A stretch of 64,000 nucleotides of DNA from Candidatus Cloacimonadales bacterium (GCA_963674825.1 OY771587.1:1216001-1280000); one strand, 5' to 3'. Counted from the stretch's first letter, positions 37,398-48,077 are shown. Notes: a model not told the origin generated them from the letters alone. Made by a program: numbers and translations.

Positions 37398-38308
37398 GAT
37401 AGTTCCTCCTGTATCTTTTCATGTAATAATTTAGTTCCAAGGTCCATCCATGCACGGATTTTCTCCGGCTCATTTTCGAGATACCACAGATAGACCGCGC
37501 GACGCTCGTCGTATTGCGTCTTATCCACCGCCATCAATTCATTGTCGCGGTATTGCATCGAGTCATGCTCCACACGGTAATCGCGATCGCCCAGCTTGAC
37601 GGTGCCTTCTATATGCTTGGTGCAGAGCAGAAAGCGGATGTTATCGTAGAAGCTTCCCAGCAAGCGCACCTGTTTCGTTATCAAATCGGCTTTCTCGAAT
37701 TCGAGGTCGTCCATAAGCCGCTCGGCCTGATCTTTGAGTTCGCTCAGCCAGTTGAAATCTGGCGTGAGGAAATGTTTGATAAGCATCTCTTTCTGGTCGC
37801 CTTTTTTAAGGCACCAACCGAGGCATTTCTTTTTCTTGAGTCGCGAGCACGGCTGAACAGGCTCGTCGCAAACCGGTGTTCCGAGCAGTTCGCTCATGGT
37901 GTAAAGTGTATCCATCAGCTCGAAACGATTGCGGAACGGCCCCACATAGAACAGATTGCCGGTTGTGAAGCTCTCGAGCTTGAAGACGGGTGCATTACGA
38001 AAATCGACTGCAAGATAGACGTAGTCGTCCGAAAGTCTCAGGCGTTGATTGAGCTCCGGGGGTTCCTTCGCGATGAAATCTTTCGCATCTGCCATCGCCT
38101 CGATCAATGACGACTTTTTTTTCCACATGACCGTGTTCTGGCTGCTGCGGATCTCGCTCAGACCTTCGCGATCGACATTGAGAAGATATGAGATGCTTCC
38201 GCGCATGTTGGCGGAAAAATCAGCATAGAGTGCTTTGCCGTTCGACCGGATAACGTAGGATCCGGTTACTTCCGGTATTTGTTCGATGTTAGCGATTTTC
38301 GTTTCCAT
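37394..38308 (-). CDS. UvrC/Cho-like N-terminal-half protein (degenerate GIY-YIG + Cys cluster + UVR domain)
   Basis: IPEVTGSY..LYAD..ANMR; PPELNQRL; YVGPF; C..PC..KCLGWC; DLEFEKA. Confidence 0.7.
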   Translation of the reverse strand: METKIANIEQIPEVTGSYVIRSNGKALYADFSANMRGSISYLLNVDREGLSEIRSSQNTVMWKKKSSLIEAMADAKDFIAKEPPELNQRLRLSDDYVYLAVDFRNAPVFKLESFTTGNLFYVGPFRNRFELMDTLYTMSELLGTPVCDEPVQPCSRLKKKKCLGWCLKKGDQKEMLIKHFLTPDFNWLSELKDQAERLMDDLEFEKADLITKQVRLLGSFYDNIRFLLCTKHIEGTVKLGDRDYRVEHDSMQYRDNELMAVDKTQYDERRAVYLWYLENEPEKIRAWMDLGTKLLHEKIQEELS

Positions 38309-38342
38309 ATTGTACCTGATTCAACCTCGAAACCACACTATT

Positions 38343-39476
38343 TCATCCATACTTGAGCGCAAGTTTTTCAAGCCCGGAAGTAAGATTTTCTTCGCGCAAC
38401 TGTAGTGAGAAGTGCTCTATAATGCGGTTATGCGCCTTCTGGCGGTAACTCGTATCCAATTCCAATGCCTTACTGATCGCCCTGGCAATTTCTTCCGCTT
38501 TGGGCTGCTGCACGATATAGCCGCAATCGGCGATAGCCTGCGGTATGCCATAAACAGCGCTCCCTACCGGGATACAGCCACACAGCATCGCTTCGCAGAG
38601 CGTACTTGGTAGCCCCTCCGCCCGTGAGACCTGTGCATATACCGAAGCTTCGCGGTAGATATCGACAAGCGAATCCTGCTCCTTTGGCGGCAGTAAGCGA
38701 ACATTCTTTGTCGGGTGGTATTTCTCCCGCACGAGCCGCTCCACTTCGGGATCGATATCGGTCAGGACAAATTCCACGTCAGGTAACAGCCTGGCTGCGG
38801 CAATCAGTAAATCCATCCCCTTGCGCAGGAAAGTACGTTCGTCTCTGACAATCGCAACACTCAGCACACGGCGAGGACGCTCCATCTCACCCTGAATCCA
38901 TCGCTCAGGATCGAATCCCGTATGCATGGTCGTCCAGGGGGTCCGGATTCCGGGAACATTGACATGGAAGCCGTTCGGATAGGCGTCGGGCCAGTTGGCA
39001 GCAATCGAATCCGCCTGCGCCAGCCGGCTACTCACCGGCCACAGCATACTCGCATGTTTCATCACGATTGACGCAATTCGGGCACGAGCTTTCGTCTGGA
39101 AAATACCGTAATTCAGCGATGGCATTTTCATGCAATCATAGCCGCCCAATGCAATCGCAACCGGCACACCTGCCACTTTTCCCAACAGCGTGGGCAAAAA
39201 CATATGGATATCTGCGAACCAGCCATAGATGACATGCGCATCCTGTAGCGCACGCATCAGCCAGACGAGCTGACGCCAGAACATCGCCACATACTGGAAC
39301 GCTCCCTTGAACCCTTTCTCGAAACCGGAGGTGTCGAAGTGGAAGACCTCAACATCGTATTCCTTGCGCAAAATCTTCAGATCCTCGCGTACAAACGCCG
39401 AGAAATCGACGTAGATCATCAATAGCCGCGGCTTCCGCGTTCGGTCAGTGATCGTCCATTTATCGTTTCGCGCCAT
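38343..39476 (-). CDS. Glycosyltransferase family 4
   Basis: RKGMDLLI; EGLPSTLCEAMLCGCIPV. Confidence 0.9.
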   Translation of the reverse strand: MARNDKWTITDRTRKPRLLMIYVDFSAFVREDLKILRKEYDVEVFHFDTSGFEKGFKGAFQYVAMFWRQLVWLMRALQDAHVIYGWFADIHMFLPTLLGKVAGVPVAIALGGYDCMKMPSLNYGIFQTKARARIASIVMKHASMLWPVSSRLAQADSIAANWPDAYPNGFHVNVPGIRTPWTTMHTGFDPERWIQGEMERPRRVLSVAIVRDERTFLRKGMDLLIAAARLLPDVEFVLTDIDPEVERLVREKYHPTKNVRLLPPKEQDSLVDIYREASVYAQVSRAEGLPSTLCEAMLCGCIPVGSAVYGIPQAIADCGYIVQQPKAEEIARAISKALELDTSYRQKAHNRIIEHFSLQLREENLTSGLEKLALKYG

Positions 39477-40743
39477 TGTCGGCTCCTTTATCCGTCAGTT
39501 CGTCAAATAGTCCTGCGAGCCTCTCTGTCAGCGCTTTGCGCTCGTAACGACGGACAGCTTCACGATTCGGGTTCACCTCGAGCGAACCAGCCTTCCATTG
39601 ATTATAGCAATTTCGTAGCGCTTCCAGAACCGCCTGTGGATCCGTTGAATCGGCCACAAAGCCGGTTTCCGTCTCTCGAATCACACCGGCTGCCGCGCCA
39701 TTGGTGGGTGCGATCGCCAGAATGGGATTGCCGGTACGGATATATTCGAACAGTTTACCGGTGTACTCCGACTCACAGTTCGGCCCCGGATTGATGATAA
39801 TCAGCAGCAGATCGGCGCTAAGAATCTCACGGATGATTTGGTCGTGCGACACATAGCCACAAATCTTCGTAAAGCGTTCATCGCCAGGCTTAAGGATATT
39901 TGAGGCCGTATTCTTGCCGTAGATATCGATGCGAAAATCGGTCGCGCCTTCGGCAAACAGCGTCCTCGCGGCCGAAAGCAGGATTTCCGCATTGCGGCGC
40001 TTTCCGTAGAGCGTTCCAGCGAAAACCAATCGCATTAGAGCCTTTTCGCGCTTTGCTGGCTCGACGGCCGCAAAATCCTGTTCGTCGTAGCCATTGGGCA
40101 TGATCCGCATGGATTTATCCTTCAGGAACGGATAGCGTTTCAGGAAATTATCGCGCATCTGAATGGTAAGATTGACTACCGCATCGCAGTCCAGCAAAGC
40201 CTTCTTTTCCATGCAACGCTCGATTCGCTGAATGGCTCGAGGCGGCGGAAAGTCGAGGTACTCCGGGTGATAGGTCCATTCGTCACGAAAATCGAGCACC
40301 AACGGGATGCGGCAGCGTTTTTTCATATATTGGCCAATCTTGAACGAGGAGAACGGTGTTCCCGATACGTAAACCAGGTCAATGCTGTGTCTTTTTATGA
40401 TCTTTTTCAGCTTCCCGATCGCAAACGGCGTCCAAAGTTTCTGGATATCGGGTACAAAAAGATAACGTATCATCCAGCGCACGAAGCCGATCATTCCCAG
40501 TCCGTAGAAAATCTTAAATAACCAGTCGGCATCAAGCGTAAACGTTCGGTAAACCGGCACATCTTCTGGGATATCGCGCAATAATCCAGGGTCTTTCACC
40601 TTGCGTACGAAGCGCGGATCGACCGTTAGCACGACAGGATGGTAACCGCATTCGGAGAGGTATTTAACGTGCTTCGCAGTTCGCTGCACACCACCGCCGC
40701 CAAGAGGCGGGAAATAGTAGGCGATCACCAGCACGTTTTTCAT
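39460..40743 (-). CDS. Glycosyltransferase family 4-like
   Basis: VLVIAYYFPPLGGGGVQR; DFRDEW; PNGYD; GKLFEYIRTG. Confidence 0.9.
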   Translation of the reverse strand: MKNVLVIAYYFPPLGGGGVQRTAKHVKYLSECGYHPVVLTVDPRFVRKVKDPGLLRDIPEDVPVYRTFTLDADWLFKIFYGLGMIGFVRWMIRYLFVPDIQKLWTPFAIGKLKKIIKRHSIDLVYVSGTPFSSFKIGQYMKKRCRIPLVLDFRDEWTYHPEYLDFPPPRAIQRIERCMEKKALLDCDAVVNLTIQMRDNFLKRYPFLKDKSMRIMPNGYDEQDFAAVEPAKREKALMRLVFAGTLYGKRRNAEILLSAARTLFAEGATDFRIDIYGKNTASNILKPGDERFTKICGYVSHDQIIREILSADLLLIIINPGPNCESEYTGKLFEYIRTGNPILAIAPTNGAAAGVIRETETGFVADSTDPQAVLEALRNCYNQWKAGSLEVNPNREAVRRYERKALTERLAGLFDELTDKGADNGAKR

Positions 40744-42224
40744 CGCTTCACACCAAACTTACGGATGGCATCGAGAATGATGTCGCGGTCGTAGTCCTTG
40801 ATCACGCCGAACAGCCTGCCAAACAGGTAATAAAGCCCAATGTAAACAAGGAATAGTCCCGGAAACTTCACCCACGGATTGAGTGTCCACGGGATAAGAA
40901 ACCAGAATGGGATTCCGATGACCACAGACAAAACAAGTGTTCGCACGAGGTTCTTGAGCGAGAAGAGCCGGGGCAGATGGAACCCGAGCTTTTTGTGGAT
41001 AATCCACACACTGATGATTGTATAGAGATAAACCACCATCACCGTTGCCCACGCCGGGCCGGTCATGCCGATAAGGTTGATCAACAGGAGATTTAGACCA
41101 ACATTCAATCCAAGCGTCACCAGGCTCAACCAGAAGAGTACTCTGGTGAGTCCGTAGGACTTGAAGAGCACGCCAAGTGTGGCGATCCGCAGGAAAAGAA
41201 TCGTCAAATAAATGCGGAAAAAGGGTTCCGCGGAAGCGTATTTATCGGAATAGAGCATCACCAGAAAATCACGCGCGAAGATGAAGAAATAAATCACCAG
41301 CGGAAAGATGATAAGCGCGTTTTTCCGCACAGCACCGCTGAAAATATCCTCGATCGATTTGCGGTCCGTATCGGGATCCATGCGCGTCAAGGACGGCAGC
41401 AGGATATTGTTCACCGAGACAATCAGCACCGAAATCAAAGGGATCTCGGTAGCGCCGATGGAGAACACGGCGAAGACATCCGGTGTGAAATAGCTGGAGA
41501 TCACCACCTTGTCGATCTGCGTGGTGAGTAGCCCCATAATGTTGGCAAATCCTACCGGTACCGCGTAGTCGAGCTGTTCCCGCAGGAGCTTGCCGTCGAA
41601 GTGGAAGTCCGGTTTGAAGACGCCTCTCAGGCTGATTTGCGCGTAGAGCCATTGCAGTGCAGCCGAGACTACCATGCCGATCACAATCCAGTTCAGATCG
41701 CGAGTAAACCATGCCGGGCCAAGGATGAAGATAGCGTCCAGCACCACGCTGAAAACGCCGAAGAAGGCCGCTTTCCCACTGCGCTCGAATCCCAGCAGCA
41801 CCGATTGATAGAACTGCGAAATGAACATGAACAGCGGGTAGAGAAAGAAAAAGACCAGAAGCGAAGGTAATTCGGGATTGTTCAAGAAACTGCCAATTGG
41901 GTTGCGCAACAACACTGTGCTGATCGCGAAAAGCGTTCCAAGCCCCAGAAGGATAGTAAATGTCTGCGTCAGGATCCTGCGCAGGTTCTGCTCGTCTTTG
42001 CCAAGCATACGTGGCACAAAAAATAGCAAGCTCTGGGGTAATCCGAGAAAGAGGATTGACGAGATGGTCTGATAGATCAGAAAAAGCTGCCGGTAGCTGC
42101 CGTAGGCCTCTTTGGATAGAAGACGAACGAGGATTAGCGCAATAACTGTCTTGATGAACAATCGCGTGAAATTCCCCACCGCCAGCACGCGTGCTCTGGA
42201 AACACGGTCGGTCATTTTCGCCAT
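40740..42224 (-). CDS. Wzx-like polysaccharide flippase
   Basis: LVRLLSKEAYG, QIDKVVIS..F.VFSIG; about 13 TM segments; next to GTs. Confidence 0.88.
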   Translation of the reverse strand: MAKMTDRVSRARVLAVGNFTRLFIKTVIALILVRLLSKEAYGSYRQLFLIYQTISSILFLGLPQSLLFFVPRMLGKDEQNLRRILTQTFTILLGLGTLFAISTVLLRNPIGSFLNNPELPSLLVFFFLYPLFMFISQFYQSVLLGFERSGKAAFFGVFSVVLDAIFILGPAWFTRDLNWIVIGMVVSAALQWLYAQISLRGVFKPDFHFDGKLLREQLDYAVPVGFANIMGLLTTQIDKVVISSYFTPDVFAVFSIGATEIPLISVLIVSVNNILLPSLTRMDPDTDRKSIEDIFSGAVRKNALIIFPLVIYFFIFARDFLVMLYSDKYASAEPFFRIYLTILFLRIATLGVLFKSYGLTRVLFWLSLVTLGLNVGLNLLLINLIGMTGPAWATVMVVYLYTIISVWIIHKKLGFHLPRLFSLKNLVRTLVLSVVIGIPFWFLIPWTLNPWVKFPGLFLVYIGLYYLFGRLFGVIKDYDRDIILDAIRKFGVKR

Positions 42225-42374
42225 CCGGAATCAATTCGGTTCGTCATCCGCAACCTGCCATTATATACGATATTAAGCAATGTATATCATTTGTTTGCGA
42301 CTCTTGCAGGTGTCAAGCAGATAATGGAAGCACGATCGGCAGATTGCCGACTTCACTGAAAATAGCAGAGCACG

Positions 42375-45233
42375 TTACCGTGTATCCTCCGGCACCATGT
42401 AGTGAGGTTTGAAGCGGCAGACCGTCAACGAACCCTCGCGACCATCCAGAATCACTGCGAGCGGTTCTTCGAATGTGTAGTGTCGAAACACACCGTAGCG
42501 ATTGACCATCGTAGAGCTGTCGATAAGGTTTTTGTGGAATACGGTACCGGGTTGATCGAGCGCGATCGTTGCATATCCTGTGTTCATGGCAATCAGATTT
42601 TGGATGAAATGGCGATTGCGAGGTACGCTGATCGTATGTGGTGTCGTCTCGATGATAAGCCTTGCGCGATCGACATCGATCCACTGCAGAAGCGGTGCCT
42701 TGAAATCGCTACGGTTAGTCCAACTGGCGGGAATAATCAGGATATAATCCTCCGGAAGTTCATGATTCAACCGCTTCAAATCCTCGTCGCTGACATTATC
42801 GATCTCCTCTTCCGGCAGAATCGCGATGTCTCGAATCGGTGTATAGATGCCGTTACCAACACTGTTCTGTGTAAAGACCAGGATGTCATCGTCGTCAACT
42901 TTATCGATATTGATGGGGGATTCATTGGAATACTGGGCAAGCGGCCTGATCTGCAGGATGCTGAGCACCGGCTTTTCGCTGAAATCGACAGCAAACTCCA
43001 GTTCCGCGTTCTGTCCAAGTGACTTCCTTCCCAGCAGCATCACTTCCCGCAGGGCGTCTGCTACTCGCCTAAATTGATCCGATGCAAGCGGCCTGAATTG
43101 TGGGTTCTCACGATCCTCACAGGCGAGGAGTTCCGGGCAGGCGTACTGCTCGCAGGGTATCGACACCATGCTGGTCCGGCTCGTCTCACTACGATCTATC
43201 GCCAGAAACGACCTTTTCCCGAGCTCTTCGCAGATTACCGATTCATCCGGATCGGCGGGATTATAAACGAATCGCGGAGTATCGCAAGCCTCTTCCCCAC
43301 TCATTCCGAGTGTCCAGACCGCGATCCCCTTTGATGGCATGCGCGTACGGCAGGCAGTTCGGTTGTAGGACTGGATGTAGCCAGTCGCGGCTGGATAAAA
43401 GTACTGTTCGTGGGGGCTACCGGCTACTTCCTGGATGATCACCGCCATCTTTTCTTCCTCAAACCGGTAGTGCAGGCTCTTCAGGTAGCGGATGGTGGTC
43501 GATGAGAACACGGATAGATAGACTCGCTTGATCGCTTTTTCGAGTTGATCAAGCCGGACAAGCGTATCGAAGTGGGAATTAGGGATCATGAACGTCTTGT
43601 ATAGTCCCGCCACAGGTACGGATTGAGAATCTTCCAGAAGCCCGGATGATCGTACTGCAAGCGGTTTATCAATCCCCTCGACAATGTTTACCAGGCGTTG
43701 CCGCAGCTCATGCGTAAATTCATACTCCATAATGATGGTTTGAATCTGCTCTTCGCTGATATCATCTACGCTTTCGATCTCGGCCAGAATACGCTCGAAT
43801 TCCCGGGTTCCAATGATCGCTGTCACGGGAAGCCGGACTTCCAGATCAGGATAACGCGACTGGATATCGGTCACGGCAAGAATAGCGTTGAGAAATGCAA
43901 GCCCTCTTCCCTTGCCGCCGAGTGAGCCGTCTGCCAGACGCAGCACCTGGTCGCGCTCTTCGAGCTTATGCGGTGCGAAATCGACAATTTTGCCGCGATC
44001 GCGGTAAGTTCTTGCTTCATGGAAGATGGTGCGCAGATAGTCCCGAAGTTGCTGCCGGTCGTGGAAATCCCCCACTTTCATTGGCTGGATACGCCGGGCT
44101 ATGTCGATGTCTCCATGCGCGATAAGCCATGCACTGAAATGGTTTCGCATTCCATGGTAAACCAGCGTTTCATCCGGCACCTGTTGCAGGCACTTCTCGA
44201 ATTCCACAATGTTCGATGCTCGCCGGATCTCATGTCCGTCGTTATTGCGGAAGATGAAATCGCCGAAACCGAGGTCACGAATCACGATCTTCTCGAGGTC
44301 GTCCAGAAGCGTAGTGGAATCCTTGTCAAGGAAGTCGGCACCGAGTTCCTGTGCCTTGTGGGCGTTTTCAGGTTCGGACGATTGCAGAACCACCGGGATA
44401 TCGAAGGGATCGTTCTTGACCAGGCGGATGAGATCGAGCCCCGCACAACCGTCAAGCTGCCCATTACGCGGGTAGCGGACATCGGAGATCACCGCAACGA
44501 GGTTATCGTGGTATTTCTCCACCATGGCCGCGGCCTCTTCATAGGTATGCGCCAGAATTACCTTTGGTCTGGCTCGCATGCGGAGGCGTTTGTCGATATC
44601 GCTGCGTTCCTGCTCGATGAGCCGGCCTGTTTGACGCAGGATAAGCCTGTATAGCAACGGCAGGAAGCGAGAATAGTAGATGATCGAATCTTCAACCAAT
44701 AGAATCACGCGGATGAGTCCCTGCCGGGTATCGTGTTCGATATTCAGCTTGTCTTCCGCCGACTTGATCATGGCGAGGAAAATTGAGGTGTCGCCGTTCC
44801 AGAGGAACACATCGTCGATATGCTGCATGCGGTGCAGATTACGCTCAATAATGACGATATCCGACTGCACGTTTAACAGCAAAAGGATCGGAATATCGGG
44901 ATGCAGTTCGCGAGCCTTCTCCGAGAGTTCGAACGGCCCCACATCGCCAGTGCGCATCATGGTGATAACCAGATCGAACTGCCGCTTTTCGAGCAATTCA
45001 AGCGCTTGTTTCCCTGTGGGAACGCTGGTGATACGCGGCGCCGTGCTGAGCTGTAGCTGTTTATACTCGTTGTATATGTGTTCGGATAGCCGGCCATCTT
45101 GTTCGAAGATGAAAGCGTCGTAGAACGTAGCAACAAGCAGGATTTCCCGCACGCGGTTCTGCATCAGCTTGTAGAAATTGTCTTCGCCGTATTTGACCTT
45201 ACCGTACCATTGTTTCAGTTCTTGCATTGGCAT
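42375..45233 (-). CDS. Receiver-domain / PEP-pyruvate-binding (PPDK N-terminal ATP-grasp) fusion protein
   Basis: REC-like segments (DLVITM; VISDVRYP); GSLGGKGRGLAF, LAVRSSGLLEDS, EKMAVIIQ, ELEFA, LQIRP. Confidence 0.85.
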   Translation of the reverse strand: MPMQELKQWYGKVKYGEDNFYKLMQNRVREILLVATFYDAFIFEQDGRLSEHIYNEYKQLQLSTAPRITSVPTGKQALELLEKRQFDLVITMMRTGDVGPFELSEKARELHPDIPILLLLNVQSDIVIIERNLHRMQHIDDVFLWNGDTSIFLAMIKSAEDKLNIEHDTRQGLIRVILLVEDSIIYYSRFLPLLYRLILRQTGRLIEQERSDIDKRLRMRARPKVILAHTYEEAAAMVEKYHDNLVAVISDVRYPRNGQLDGCAGLDLIRLVKNDPFDIPVVLQSSEPENAHKAQELGADFLDKDSTTLLDDLEKIVIRDLGFGDFIFRNNDGHEIRRASNIVEFEKCLQQVPDETLVYHGMRNHFSAWLIAHGDIDIARRIQPMKVGDFHDRQQLRDYLRTIFHEARTYRDRGKIVDFAPHKLEERDQVLRLADGSLGGKGRGLAFLNAILAVTDIQSRYPDLEVRLPVTAIIGTREFERILAEIESVDDISEEQIQTIIMEYEFTHELRQRLVNIVEGIDKPLAVRSSGLLEDSQSVPVAGLYKTFMIPNSHFDTLVRLDQLEKAIKRVYLSVFSSTTIRYLKSLHYRFEEEKMAVIIQEVAGSPHEQYFYPAATGYIQSYNRTACRTRMPSKGIAVWTLGMSGEEACDTPRFVYNPADPDESVICEELGKRSFLAIDRSETSRTSMVSIPCEQYACPELLACEDRENPQFRPLASDQFRRVADALREVMLLGRKSLGQNAELEFAVDFSEKPVLSILQIRPLAQYSNESPINIDKVDDDDILVFTQNSVGNGIYTPIRDIAILPEEEIDNVSDEDLKRLNHELPEDYILIIPASWTNRSDFKAPLLQWIDVDRARLIIETTPHTISVPRNRHFIQNLIAMNTGYATIALDQPGTVFHKNLIDSSTMVNRYGVFRHYTFEEPLAVILDGREGSLTVCRFKPHYMVPEDTR

Positions 45234-45377
45234 ATAATCCCCCGGAAATCAACTTCTGAATGTTGATTTTGCTCATCAATGCGCCAAGAATGGGAAGATT
45301 CCGCAAGCATGCAAGCAATTCATCGGAAAATCCTTGCCGAATTCGTTCGGGAGCCGTTTGCTGCCACTGAGGTAAAT

Positions 45378-45905
45378 ATGAACAACATTCGAAACATGGC
45401 AGATTTCCACCGCGCAATCGTCGCCCTGAAAAAGCTCCCACGCTCTGGCTGGCTGCTGAAAGGTATCCCTGGAGAAGCCTGCGAATCGGTGGCGGATCAC
45501 AGCTTCGCGACGGCCATGATGGCCTGGATGATCGCAAGAGAATACTTTCCGCAGCTCGATGATATAAAAGTCCTCCAGATGGCCATGATCCATGAACTCG
45601 GAGAGATCGGAGCCGGCGACATCACGCCCTACGACGGTGTTACTCCTGCCCAGAAACACGAGATGGAAAAGGAGTCGGTGCAAAAGGTGCTGTCACACCT
45701 TGAACGCCGAGACGACCTCTACGACCTGTGGATGGAGTTCGAGACCGGTGAGACTGCGGAAGCGATCTTCGTGCGGCGTATCGATAAGCTGGAGATGGGA
45801 TTGCAGGCTTTGGTCTATCAACTCGATCACGGCATGGACCCGGCGGACTTCCTTACCAGCGCGAAGCAGGATGACGAGATCCTTCAAGCCATCCTGGAGG
45901 TATAA
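45378..45905 (+). CDS. HD-domain phosphohydrolase (YfbR/HDDC2-like 5'-deoxynucleotidase)
   Basis: LKKLPRSGW, ESVADHSF, IHELGE..GDITP, IDKLEM; start ATG 45378 with GAGG. Confidence 0.85.
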   Translation: MNNIRNMADFHRAIVALKKLPRSGWLLKGIPGEACESVADHSFATAMMAWMIAREYFPQLDDIKVLQMAMIHELGEIGAGDITPYDGVTPAQKHEMEKESVQKVLSHLERRDDLYDLWMEFETGETAEAIFVRRIDKLEMGLQALVYQLDHGMDPADFLTSAKQDDEILQAILEV

Positions 45906-46039
45906 CTTACACCCACGCAGCAGATTCGTTCGAGACGAGCAGCCGTGTTCATCCACTTCGAAGACGTGGTGTTATACGGCGTCGCGAGGCACCGGGCGAA
46001 TATGCGACGTGACGGACATCTGTGAATGTCTCTCTCTGC

Positions 46040-46141
46040 TCCTTCCCCTTTTTCCAAAGGGGAAGGCCGGGATGGGGTTTCTCTACCCCCTCTTCCCGCT
46101 GCCCTGTCATCCCGAGTAGCAAGAGAGTGTTGGGGTGAGGG
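46040..46141. repeat. Two degenerate REP-like palindromes
   Basis: CCTTCCCCTTT-ttcc-AAAGGGGAAGG-CCGGGATGGGG and CCCCTCTTCC...GAGAG-TGTTGGGGTGAGGG. Confidence 0.5.
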
Positions 46142-46302
46142 TCTCTCTATGTCGCCACTTCCGCTGATCGTAACACAATTAGGACAATGGAAATAAGCAA
46201 ATTGCGAAAAAAAGCTTGCCCGTATAACGTACAAAACTTTTTTCTAACAAACACGATACAACAACGACGGCTCGTGTACTGCGAGCTGAATAAGAGGTTT
46301 GA

Positions 46303-47862
46303 ATGAGTACGGTAAAAGAGAAAATCGAATTGCTGGAAAAACGAATCAGCAAAACAAAAGAAATGGGTGGTGCTGCACGCATCGAGAAGCTTCATGAAGC
46401 TGGCAAGCTGTCCGCTCGTGAGCGTATCGATTTGTTCTTCGATCCGGGTACATTCCGCGAGATCGATATGTTTGTCAAGCATCGCTCGACCAACTTTGAC
46501 ATGCCAAAACACGATATCCCTTCTGATGGCGTTATCACCGGTCACGGACTGGTTAATGGCCGCCCGGTATTCGCCTATTCGCAGGACTTCTCGTCCCGCG
46601 GTGGATCACTCGGTGAAAAGCACGCCGCCAAGATCGTCAAGATCCAGGATCTCGCCATGAAATCCGGCGTCCCGATCGTTGGCTTCAACGATTCCGGCGG
46701 AGCTCGCGTTGAAGAAGGAATCGACGCCCTCAAAGGGTACGGCGACATTTTCTTCCGCAACGCACGTTCATCCGGGGTAATCCCCCAGATCACCGCCATT
46801 ATGGGGCCCTGCGCGGGTGGCGCGGTCTATTCACCAGCCATGACCGACTTCGTTTTCATGGTCAAGAATACCAGCTACATGTTCATCACCGGCCCCAGCG
46901 TCATCAAAACCGTTACAGGCGAAGACACCACTTTTGAGGATCTCGGTGGCGCTATGGCGCACAACACCAAAAGCGGAAACGCACACTTCGCATGCGAGAA
47001 TGACCAGGATGCCATCGAGCAGATCAAGACCCTGCTCAGCTACCTTCCGAACAACAACATGGAAGACGCTCCGCGCTACGAACCGCAAGACGACCCAGGC
47101 CGCATGTGCCCGGAACTCGATTCAATGATCCCGGACAGCACGCGTCAGCCCTACGATATGAAAGACATCGTGAAATCGATCGTTGATAATGGCGAATTCT
47201 TCGAGCCACATGAATACTACGCGCAAAACGCGATCATCGGTTTCGCACGCCTGAACGGACGCGCGATCGGTATCATCGGCAACCAGCCGATGAACCTCGC
47301 AGGCTGCCTCGATATCGATGCATCCGATAAAATCTCCCGCTTCATCCGCTTCTGCGACGCCTTCAATCTTCCCATCGTCACATTCGTGGACGTGCCGGGC
47401 TACCTTCCGGGTTGCGAACAGGAATGGAACGGAATTATTCGACACGGCGCCAAGCTGCTGTGGAGCTACTCGGAAGCGACGGTTCCCAAGCTTACCGTGG
47501 TTACCCGCAAAGACTACGGCGGAGCCTACATCGCGATGAGTTCGCAGCATCTGGGCGGAGACATGATCTTTGCATGGCCGTCAGCCGAAATCGCTGTGAT
47601 GGGTGCCCAGGGCGCGGTCAACATCGTGTCCGGCTACCGTAAACGGCTCAAAGACGCGGAAAACCCCGCCGAACTGCGTCAGGAACTGATCGCCGAATAC
47701 GAAGAAGCGTTCAATAACCCATACATCGCTGCCGAACGCGGCTACATCGATGCGGTCATCCGTCCATCAGAAACCCGCGTCCGCCTGATCGATGCACTGG
47801 ATATCCTCACCACCAAAAGTGAATCGCTGCCGCCCAAGAAACACGGCAACATTCCGGTGTAA
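46303..47862 (+). CDS. Acyl-CoA carboxyltransferase (methylmalonyl-CoA carboxyltransferase 12S / PccB / MmdA family)
   Basis: DGVITGHG, NDSGGARVEEG, GPCAGGAVYSP, FVDVPGYLPG, IIRHGAK, PPKKHGNIPV. Confidence 0.95.
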   Translation: MSTVKEKIELLEKRISKTKEMGGAARIEKLHEAGKLSARERIDLFFDPGTFREIDMFVKHRSTNFDMPKHDIPSDGVITGHGLVNGRPVFAYSQDFSSRGGSLGEKHAAKIVKIQDLAMKSGVPIVGFNDSGGARVEEGIDALKGYGDIFFRNARSSGVIPQITAIMGPCAGGAVYSPAMTDFVFMVKNTSYMFITGPSVIKTVTGEDTTFEDLGGAMAHNTKSGNAHFACENDQDAIEQIKTLLSYLPNNNMEDAPRYEPQDDPGRMCPELDSMIPDSTRQPYDMKDIVKSIVDNGEFFEPHEYYAQNAIIGFARLNGRAIGIIGNQPMNLAGCLDIDASDKISRFIRFCDAFNLPIVTFVDVPGYLPGCEQEWNGIIRHGAKLLWSYSEATVPKLTVVTRKDYGGAYIAMSSQHLGGDMIFAWPSAEIAVMGAQGAVNIVSGYRKRLKDAENPAELRQELIAEYEEAFNNPYIAAERGYIDAVIRPSETRVRLIDALDILTTKSESLPPKKHGNIPV

Positions 47863-47871
47863 GGAGGATCC

Positions 47872-48057
47872 ATGCAGCGAGAGAAGAAAATTCGCGCAGC
47901 CATCGCCGGCGTGATGATGCTCCTCGAAGAGGAACAGTCGATGCGCGCACGCGTCGAGCCGGTTCCGGTCAACGTTCCGGTTCCGTGGGCTCAACACGGC
48001 AGACGTACTATCATGCAAAATCGCGAACTACTGCAACGAAGAGTTATCAAGAGATAA
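47872..48057 (+). CDS. Small accessory subunit (acyl-CoA carboxylase epsilon-like)
   Basis: RBS AAGGAGG; AAIAGV...PWAQHGR pattern; lies between carboxyltransferase genes. Confidence 0.65.
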   Translation: MQREKKIRAAIAGVMMLLEEEQSMRARVEPVPVNVPVPWAQHGRRTIMQNRELLQRRVIKR

Positions 48058-48077
48058 GATAAACGGAGGATATAGAA

